This document shows positions 28,156 through 37,402 of a DNA stretch of 64,000 nucleotides, in pieces. Source of the stretch: Ylistrum balloti. Lineage: Eukaryota. The position numbers were made by a program, and so were the translations under genes. Positions within the stretch are counted from its first letter, which is position 1, and each line of letters starts with the position of its first letter. The stretch is from the NCBI RefSeq assembly GCF_031769215.1, contig NW_026782655.1, positions 62,001 through 126,000 of the forward strand, read 5' to 3'. Under the pieces are notes generated by a model. The model ran no database searches and had not been told where the DNA came from. It saw nothing but the letters and a program-made list of their open reading frames with translations.

Positions 28156-28920
28156 CACGACGAACAACTCAACACTGCATGCAAGACGAAAATTCTGTAC
28201 CATTTGATGAATGTTCAGTTTACATTTCAAACTGTTTTCTTTCACTTATATACACCACGGACAACTCGACCCACCACGGACAACATGACGCTAGATACAA
28301 GAATCTTATGAAGTACATTTGGATGATGGTTCAACTTATATTTTAGACGGCTGTTATTTCATAAGAGGCATTTTGATGAACATCTAAAAAATACATTTGA
28401 TAACCTTTTGTTCAAAATTGAAAAGTATACGTATTTTGAATAGTTCAATAATCTGAATGTGTTATCACCTATGAAGTTAGATGCAAAACATATATTATAT
28501 ACAGAGTACATGTCGTTTCGAAACTAAGATAACAAATGAACACAGGTGAGATAAAAAGACTCGGAATTTTGAAACTATCCTGTTGCCCAAGTTTTAGTTA
28601 ATTATGCCAATACGTAGAAAACAATGTTTTCTAATTCAGATTAAGGCAAAGAGCTAAAAAGGCACATATACATTTTTGCATATTTTTTTACTTTTACGTT
28701 TATTTAACTACTATTATTTTTATTTCGATTTGACATCAGTTTTGTTTAATACATTTCAACAAAATCATTATTGCAGTAAATTTGACATACTCATGTCTGT
28801 AGTGCTGGAATGGTGTATAGTATAACCTCGCTCAGCTATATCGTCATAATTTAAAACATTTTCTCCTTTATATATAAATTCTCGAAAGTTTCTTATTCAA
28901 AATTAAATATAATTATTAAA

Positions 28921-29510
28921 TTAAACAAGGTGCCGCAAAGCGTGGCATTATCCCCCGCGCACAGGTGTTGGTATGGAACCCAAAAAAGCCTTCATTTGAG
29001 GTTTTTAACTATATTTTTGCAAAAACTGAAAAAATATAATAAAAAAATGAAATGTTGTTAATAGCAAAAGGTTCAACTATGGCACTAAGTTAATATGTGC
29101 GGAAAGTTTTGTGAAGTTGAGTGGAACAGTTTGGAAGATATAGCCTGGAAAAGCCTTTTTTTGTGTTATCTGACTATGTTTCCATGGAAACAGAAAAAAA
29201 TATATAAAGTGAAATGACGGTAATAGCGAAAGACACAAATAGGGCACCCACTTAATATGTGCAGAAAGTTTTGTGAAGTCGAGTGGAACGGTTTGGAAGT
29301 TATAGCCCGGAAAATCCCTCTTTTGGTGTTTTTTTATTATGTTTCCATGGTAACAGAAAAAAATATAAAAAGTGAAATGTCGACAATAGCAAAAGGCACA
29401 ACTAGGGCAATGACTTAATATATACAGAAAGTTTTGTGAAGTTGAATTGAATGGTTTCGAAGTTATAGCCCAGAAAAGCCCTCTTTTGGTGTTTTCGCGG
29501 GGGTTAATAA
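28921..29510 (-). mobile_element. Helentron-like non-autonomous element (HINE/DINE-1 architecture) with ~160-bp internal tandem repeats
   Basis: Sub-terminal inverted repeats TTATCCCCCGCG (28948-28959) and CGCGGGGGTTAA (29496-29507), hairpin TGCCGCAAAGCGTGGCA (28931-28947), about 3 internal repeats, T/A-rich flanks. Confidence 0.65.
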
Positions 29511-30297
29511 TATATCTTCAATACATATTTGTAAAATGTATCATATGACTAAAAATATCCCAGCCAGGCCAAGCATACATGAAGGTAACAAGGTATCGAC
29601 AACATATAATGAATGATAGAAAAGTGGGTCCTTCTTTGGAGAAAATGATACAGAAAGAAATCCAGGAGAGAAAATGAGTATTGTACTAACTTTAAGTACA
29701 ACATTCAATATAGATTTCCAATTAGATGATCATTGGGAATTCTTAGTATGGCTACCCAACAAGGCAGAGCCTTTCAAAAGTAATTATTTGAAAGGAAGAG
29801 TGAAAACGTGTAAAAGACTGCTGCTTCTATTTATAAAATCTGTTTGGTAATTATACCAAATTTGCGATCGCTTACATTGGAAAATTTTTGGATTCGCTCA
29901 ATTGAAATTACCATTTCCCATATTTGAGCTTCAAAAAATGATGACTGGACAATAAAATAGTTACATTAAAATACTTTACAATACAAAATCTTATAAAGGA
30001 TCTCTTGATCAGGCAGATAAATAAGTTGATTTATTATCTGTTCACTATCACATAATACAACGGATATAGACAATTCAGGGTTTTAACAAAACACAAACAA
30101 TAATCAAATGATTTCATTATAAATTTAATTGACGAATGATGTTAGATGATGTACATGTTTTGATAAGACCTGTTTATTCAACCCCGTTTCAAAAAAAGGC
30201 ACAGACACGTAGGAGAGAAAACTATGAGAATTTGATTTTTTTCTTGATACTGTCACATATTTCAAACATTATCACATCTTATTAAAATTTATGAGCT

Positions 30298-32060
30298 TAT
30301 TATATTGATGTCCTGTTGTCTATACTATAAGTGTTGTACAAGTGTTACATTGTTGTCATCTTGTCTATATTATAAGTGTTGTACAAGTGTTACATTGATG
30401 TCATGTTGACTATACTATAAGTGATGTACAAGTGTTACATTGATGTCGTGTTGTCTATACTATAAGTGTTGTACAAGTGTTACATTGATGTCCTGTTGTC
30501 TATACTATAAGTGTTGTACAAGTGTTACATTGATGTCATCTTGTCTATATTATAAGTGTTGTACAAGTGTTACATTGATGTCATGTTGACTATACTATAA
30601 GTGATGTACAAGTGTTACATTGATGTGTTGTACAAGTGTTAGATTGATGTCCTGTTGTCTATACTATAAGTGTTGTACAAGTGTTACATTGATGTCCTGT
30701 TGTCTATACTATAAGTGTTGTACAAGTGTTACATTGATGTCCTATTGTCTATATTATAAGTGTTGTACAAGTGTTACATTGATGTCATGTTGACTATACT
30801 ATAAGTGATGTACAAGTGTTACATTGATGTCGTGTTGTCTATACTATATGTGTTGTACAAGTGTTAGATTGATGTCCTGTTGTCTATACTATAAGTGTTG
30901 TACAAGTGTTACATTGATGTCGTGTTGTCTATACTATAAGTGGTATACAAGTGTTACATTGATGTCCTATTGTCTATACTATATGTGTTGTACAAGTGTT
31001 AGATTGATGTCCTGTTGTCTATACTATAAGTGTTGTACAAGTGTTACATTGATGTCGTGTTGTCTATACTATAAGCGATGTACAAGTGTTACATTGATGT
31101 CCTATTGTCTATACTATATGTGTTGTGCAAGTGTTAGATTGATGTCGTGTTGTCTATACTATATGTGTTGTACAAGTGTTAGATTGATGTCCTGTTGTCT
31201 ATACTATAAGTGTTGTACAAGTGTTACATTGATGTCGTGTTGTCTATACTATAAGTGGTATACAAGTGTTACATTGATGTCCTATTGTCTATACTATATG
31301 TGTTGTACAAGTGTTAGATTGATGTCCTGTTGTCTATACTATAAGTGTTGTACAAGTGTTACATTGATGTCGTGTTGTCTATACTATAAGCGATGTACAA
31401 GTGTTACATTGATGTCCTATTGTCTATACTATATGTGTTGTGCAAGTGTTAGATTGATGTCCTGTTGTCTATACTATAAGTGTTGTACAATTGTTACATT
31501 GATGTCGTGTTGTCTATACTATAAGTGTTGTACAAGTGTTACATTGATGTCGTGTTGTCTATATTATAAGTGATGTACAAGTGTTACATTGATGTCCTAT
31601 TGTCTATACTATATGTGTTGTACAAGTGTTAGATTGATGTCCTGTTGTCTATACTATAATTGTTGTACAAGTGTTACATTGATGTCGTGTTGTCTATACT
31701 ATAAGTGATGTACAAGTGTTACATTGATGTCCTATTGTCTATACTATATGTGTTGTACAAGTGTTAGATTGATGTCGTGTTGTCTATACTATATGTGTTG
31801 TTACATTGAGTGTTGTCTATACTATATGTGTTGTACAAGTGTTAGATTGATGTCGTGTTGTCTATACTATAAGTGATGTACAAGTGTTACATTGATGTCG
31901 TGTTGTCTATACTATAAGTGTTGTACAAGTGTTACATTGATGTCCTGTTGTCTATACTATAAGTGATGTACAAGTGTTACATTGATGTTCTGTTGTCTAT
32001 ACAAGAAGTCTTGTACAACTGTTAGATTGATGCTCTGTTGTCTACAATACAAGCGTTGTA
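30298..32060. repeat. 45-bp minisatellite, same family as 5630-10965, ~39 copies
   Basis: Same consensus unit; abuts the 3' end of cGLR paralogue 2. Confidence 0.97.
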
Positions 32061-32115
32061 TTAACACTATTGACAGCCTGTTAATGATACAAACAGTTCC
32101 TATGTGGCCTTTAGT

Positions 32116-34161
32116 TTACAACAGCCCTATTTTGTCTATTCTCTCCTTTGCTGGGTTCTTATATGTTGTTAAACTTCGAACATGAAGAGAATCGTTGTAT
32201 TCTCTGAGGGCCCGGCTTCTATCCCCAATCATTTCATAACAGATCCCTAACAGATTGTGAACTATCCAGTGGTAGCCAACTCCCTGTTCCTCGTCATATT
32301 TCACTGCTCGGAGATTAATTAACGCTGCGTCACGTCTTCCTGGGTCGTCTTGCTCGTGGTAGCAGAGGAAAGACAGAAATACAGCATACGGGAGTGGTGG
32401 GACACTAAGGTACAACATCTTTGTATTCTTTGTCATCTCCTGGTGTAAATGAGATGGGTAGAATTGTGGAGCGTTTGGTAGGAATATGACATTTGAGACA
32501 CATCCTTCTCGGCTTTTCTGTAGTAGAGTGTACCCTTGTCCACAAAAGAGCTGTTGATACATGTCGATATCTCGTATTTTTGCATCAGAGCCAACATAAA
32601 GTTTGAATGTTGAAATTACTTCTCCACATATATCCAATGCTTTGACATAATTTCCAGTCTGGTAGTGATATGTTGCCAGTGTCAGTAGCCCTGGACTTGC
32701 ACATATTGAAGCCAGTGGTTTAAGAAGATTCTTGGATTTCCTGAGAGATTTGTATTTCTCTTTGTTTCCTTCTGCAGCAGTGTGTTCTCCAAAGAGTTCC
32801 ATTCCTGAATAGCTAAAAGCCTGTGCTGAAATAGCATAATTAAGGAATTCATCTATGTCCGTCATTGATTCAGACAGCAGTTTTAGTGACACACGGAGAA
32901 CAGCAGAAGAATATCCAAACGAGAAAATGCCTTTGAATATTTCTAAATCAAACATTTGTTCCAACAACTCAGGGTGAGGTGACATGATGTCCCATTCTCC
33001 ACTCCGCACCCTGTCGATGTGCTCTCCTACAGATGGCGTTATAAATTCTCCAACTGAAAGACATCCCCATTTCATGTCATGGAGATCGATGAGAAAACGC
33101 AGAAGATTCTGTTGATTTTCCCCATAAACTTTACCAAGAAACATGTTGTTTCTGTTAATGAAGTAATTAGGACAGTATCCTGCCCTCACCCAGGATATCA
33201 ACATGTTTATGCAAAACATGAAACAAGCGAATGTATGTTTCTCCTGCCACATTGAATTAGGTGTACTTTCCACGGCATGAAATACAATAGTTTTTATGAT
33301 GTAAGATGACAAGATTTCCGTTTCGCCAAGTAACTGTTTCAACATCTCTGACATCTGTTTGAGAAAGTACTTCAGAAGCCCGTACACCAAAAATTGTGTA
33401 TGAGTGAGAGAATGAATGAGTTTCCTTTCCGCGGTAACAAATGAAATCCTCCATTGCAGGAATGTGCCAGCAGACGTTTTATCTCCTACTGGGACAATAT
33501 GGCAGCCGTCCTGTACTATCTGATCTCTTAACGACTGACTCGGCCAGTTATGAAAGCGGGGCCTTGTTACCCACTCATCTGCTTCTTTGGGCCAGCTACT
33601 GCACGAGAAAGAACACACCACATCAATGTCTGCACGTGCATTACTCTCATTATCTGCCAGTGACGCAGCTGGACCATGATTTTCCATTTTTAATTGAAAG
33701 AAGGTTCTCAATTTATCACGGTATGACCGGTTAAATATTTCACTCGATATGAAATGTATATCACCAATTTGAACAATTGCTTCAAATAAATTCCTTGAAA
33801 CTCTCTGTCGCAGCTTAGCTAATTCCAAGTTCATATAACCAGGTCTGCTGTCAGCATCTCTCATCACTAACACTGTTTTACTGATATTGTCTGGTAGATA
33901 ACAGGTGTCCGCTTCTTGGCACAAAACTATGATATCTTTTAAAGTAAGCATGACGTCCACGTCCGAGCCTGGCATTTCTACTCCTTCAGCTGAACTTCCG
34001 GTGTAAAATTGATTTACCGTATCCATATTGACATTATCAAAGTGCTCAGTTAACACTTTGAGTTTCCTTTTCAGGGCTACTAGATCCGCGCTCCCTATTA
34101 ACTTGTCTAGTACCCGATGGAGAATCCAAGATGTATAGTAATGGTCTCCCTGATCAGACAT
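32116..34161 (-). CDS. cGAS-like receptor (cGLR / Mab-21 family) with C-terminal TPR-like region, paralogue 2, 681 aa, single coding exon
   Basis: Intact ORF with TGSSAEG..SDVDVM, third acid in DIDVV, WRISFVTAE, SYIIKT, CPNYF and TPR-like C-terminus. Colinear with paralogue 1. Acceptor TTTGTAG at 34183-34189. Confidence 0.92.
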   Translation of the reverse strand: MSDQGDHYYTSWILHRVLDKLIGSADLVALKRKLKVLTEHFDNVNMDTVNQFYTGSSAEGVEMPGSDVDVMLTLKDIIVLCQEADTCYLPDNISKTVLVMRDADSRPGYMNLELAKLRQRVSRNLFEAIVQIGDIHFISSEIFNRSYRDKLRTFFQLKMENHGPAASLADNESNARADIDVVCSFSCSSWPKEADEWVTRPRFHNWPSQSLRDQIVQDGCHIVPVGDKTSAGTFLQWRISFVTAERKLIHSLTHTQFLVYGLLKYFLKQMSEMLKQLLGETEILSSYIIKTIVFHAVESTPNSMWQEKHTFACFMFCINMLISWVRAGYCPNYFINRNNMFLGKVYGENQQNLLRFLIDLHDMKWGCLSVGEFITPSVGEHIDRVRSGEWDIMSPHPELLEQMFDLEIFKGIFSFGYSSAVLRVSLKLLSESMTDIDEFLNYAISAQAFSYSGMELFGEHTAAEGNKEKYKSLRKSKNLLKPLASICASPGLLTLATYHYQTGNYVKALDICGEVISTFKLYVGSDAKIRDIDMYQQLFCGQGYTLLQKSREGCVSNVIFLPNAPQFYPSHLHQEMTKNTKMLYLSVPPLPYAVFLSFLCYHEQDDPGRRDAALINLRAVKYDEEQGVGYHWIVHNLLGICYEMIGDRSRALREYNDSLHVRSLTTYKNPAKERIDKIGLL

Positions 34162-34899
34162 GATTGTAGGATGTTGGAGATCCTACAAAGAGGAGAACAA
34201 CAAAAACACTGAAACATGATGATGAAATTAACTTTCACTTGATCAAAGAAGAATTTGACCTTAATTGATATTGAACATCAATGTGATATAATTGATTCAA
34301 AAGTAACCATTTATCCTACTCATTTTTTCCTGGATTCCTGTAACTTTTTAAAGCCTTTCGACGTTTAATATGACAACTTTATATATGATCTTTAAGTTAC
34401 TCCTATTGTCAGTATGCCTGGTGGTACTGTTGTTGGTGACCATTTTCTCATTTAGGAACGTGACATTATATGAACTGACCACGTGGCGGGTGTCATCGAT
34501 GTAGCAAAAGTAATTCAGAATTATTGAATACCATCATTAAAACACATCAAATGGAATAATAAAAAAATATCAAATTAATGAATTAAAAATCACCAAAAAT
34601 CCTAAGGAATCATTAAATTTAAGCATCAAATTAATTCAATAAAGATCATCAAATGAAACCATTGATAATTGTCTTTAAAACGCCAAAAGAAATCTTAAAA
34701 GGCATAAAATGAAACCCTTAACCATGAGAAATATATACACATATAGTAAATGTCAGGTTTGTTGTAGGTGATGATTTCGTTCAGATTTGTTAGGCTTTTA
34801 AAGTGGGATGTTGTACTCCAGCGTGAAGTCTAAATCATGATATACATATATGAAATTCTATACACTACATATATGGGCGACGTTACAGTACGGGTAATG

Positions 34900-36015
34900 T
34901 TTTATAGTCACGGGTTACCTGATGCTACAGGTATGGATAGTGGTTTATAGTCACAAGTTACCTGACGCAACAGGGATGGACAGTGGTTTATAGTCACGGG
35001 TTACCTGACGCAACAGGGATGGACAGTGGTTTATAGTCACAAGTTACCTGACGCTACAGGGATGGACAGTGGTTTATAGTCACGGGTTACCAGACGCTAC
35101 CGGTATGGGCAGTGGTTTATAGTCACGGGTTACCTGACGCCACAGGGATGGACAGTGGTTTATAGTCACAAGTTACCTGACGCTACAGGGATGGACAGTG
35201 GTTTATAGTCACAAGTTACCTGACGCTACAGGGAAGGACAGTGGTTTATAGTCACGGGTTACCTGACGCTACAAAGATGGACAGTGGTTTATAGTCACAA
35301 GTTACCTGACGCTACAGGGAAGGACAGTGGTTTATAGTCACGGGTTACCTGACGCTACAAAGATGGACAGTGGTTTATAGTCACAAGTTACCTGACGCTA
35401 CAGGGATGGACAGTGGTTTATAGTCACAAGTTACCAGACGCTACAGGTATGGACAGTGGTTTATAGTCACGGGTTACCTGACGCTACAGGCATGGGCAGT
35501 GGTTTATAGTCACGGGTTACCTGACGCTACAGGTATGGACAGTGGTTTATAGTCACGGGTTACCTGACGCAACAGGTATGGACAATGGTTTATAGTCACG
35601 GGTTACCTGACGCTACAAAGATGGACAGTGGTTTATAGTCACAAGTTACCTGACGCTACAGGGATGGACAGTGGTTTATAGTCACGGGTCAACTGACGCT
35701 ACAGGTATGGACAGTGGTTTATAGTCACGGGTTACCTGACGCTACAGGGATGGACAGTGGTTTATAGTCACAAGTTACCTGACGCTACAGGGATGGACAG
35801 TGGTTTATAGTCACGGGTTACCTGACGCTACAGGTATGGACAGTGGTTTATAGTCACAAGTTACCTGACGCTACAGGTATGGACAGTGGTTTATAGTCAC
35901 AGGTTACCTGATGTTACAGGTATAGACAGTGGTTTATAGTCACAAGTTACCTGACGCTACAGGTATGGAGAGTGGTTTATAGTCACGGGTTATCCAACGC
36001 TTCAATTATGGACAG
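34900..36015. repeat. 43-bp minisatellite (GACAGTGGTTTATAGTCACAAGTTACCTGACGCTACAGGGATG), ~26 copies, in the inferred cGLR2 intron
   Basis: 43-bp period measured (34941 to 34984). Confidence 0.96.
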
Positions 36016-36994
36016 TATCATGACATCTGTCAGGTTTATAAGTGTTTGTTGTGATAACCTTACATTTTTAATCCTACAGTACATAATAATGTTAATTATG
36101 TAAATAAGTGAGGTCAGAACATTTCAGAAAAAAAGATATTAATTGGCGGGAACATTTCCTATTTATATAAGATTTATTATCCTAGTATATAAGAATTCTT
36201 CATTGTATCGAGTCTCTGGCAGGTTGAAGTGAAGAACACGTGACTAGCTTATCCAATCACTAATGAAATTGAACGAATATAAGATTCTGTTCATCATATA
36301 ATTTTATGAAATTAGCATTTTATTACACTGATGAAAGGAATCTATATCTCAATCAGTGATGACGTCACAATGCAGATCATGTCATGAAGCTATGACGTTA
36401 CGGTTGAAATAATGAAAATGTTCAGTTAATCACAGTTCGTTTGGAGACATTACGTATGTGGACAAGATTTATATAACCAGTGATAACTGAGTAGCTCTTC
36501 ATTGAATTTAATAGAAATAGTCAACCCCAGATCTTCTATCAACTTAAGTAAATTCTAATACAGATACGCATCTTATGGGAGTGAGTTGCAGTAGATTCGA
36601 TATATCAAATTTCAGGTTGCTTCGGAAATTCACAGAGAATTCAAATATTGAAGGAATGTATTGTTCAGTCATAGTTACACATATTATTGTCTTTATTTCC
36701 TTCAAATATGAAGAGCATACAAATATGAAAAACGTGCAATTGAAATGAAAAATAATGTAAATTCTACAAATTATGATTATGCATAGAATACGTTAATTCT
36801 ACACTAACTTTGATTGAACATAATACATGTACTCGGTGAAGAGTAATCTTATCAATTATAATGTGATGAAGTTATTACACACTAAGCATGTATGTCAAAA
36901 TAATACATGTTTTAAGTTTAGATACATTAAGCCTTTTAATGTGCAATGCTATACTTATAGCCATATACTTCTCTTGATATAACCTTGATCTTAC

Positions 36995-37290
36995 CTGAGG
37001 TAGGGTTCAGCTGATTTCAGACAACCAAGAACGTGTATCACTATGACTGTTTCAAGTTAATTCAGAATCTAGATTCTAAAATTTTCACAATCCACGCACA
37101 ACCATCGCCACTGCAAAGTACTTACCGAGTTATGTCTTCACCGTCTCAATAAAAGCTTCCATTGTTCCGTCTGTTTAGAATGTTGTATCAGACATTGTTT
37201 AAACCTTCTCTCTCCATTTGACCCAACCCAGTCACGGTCTATCTAGTTTGTATAGCCAGATCGGTGTGTTGTGTCTGTTGCCACCTGGGT
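36995..37290 (-). other. Candidate 5'UTR exons of cGLR paralogue 2 (donors CTCG|GTAAGT after 37126 and CTCAG|GTAAGA after 36995)
   Basis: Two strong minus-strand donor sites directly downstream of the conserved TATA module. No transcript evidence. Confidence 0.45.
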
Positions 37291-37402
37291 GTAACGTATA
37301 CATACACATTTAAGAACTGCAGTATTTATAACCACGTATTTTTTAAAATCTACTTTCATTTTATATATGGTATACATAAGGGTGTTATACTCTGGATTTT
37401 CC
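37267..37402 (-). promoter_or_regulatory. Putative cGLR2 core promoter: kB-like TGGATTTTCC (37393-37402), IRF-like AAAATGAAAGTA (37351-37362), TATAAATA (37323-37330), CAGGTG (37282-37287)
   Basis: Homologous to 21194-21328 with conserved order and spacing. Confidence 0.6.

Larger units (their letters stand above)
18772..29404. repeat. Head-to-tail segmental duplication, copy 1 18772-24139, copy 2 24139-29404
   Basis: Near-identical unique sequence at offset 5367-5368, falling to 5265 after a repeat-array length difference. The paired ORF track (19400/24768, 20162/25530, 22645/27910) confirms the offsets. Confidence 0.95.

Noticed and set aside
19400-28245. His/Pro/Thr-rich ORFs up to 339 aa
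   Set aside because: Derived from the ACC-rich arrays; open in several frames and both strands.
14679-34161. Bacterial CBASS/CD-NTase operon interpretation
   Set aside because: Spliceosomal signals, TATA promoter, animal transposons, Mab-21-type motifs and no adjacent effector genes.
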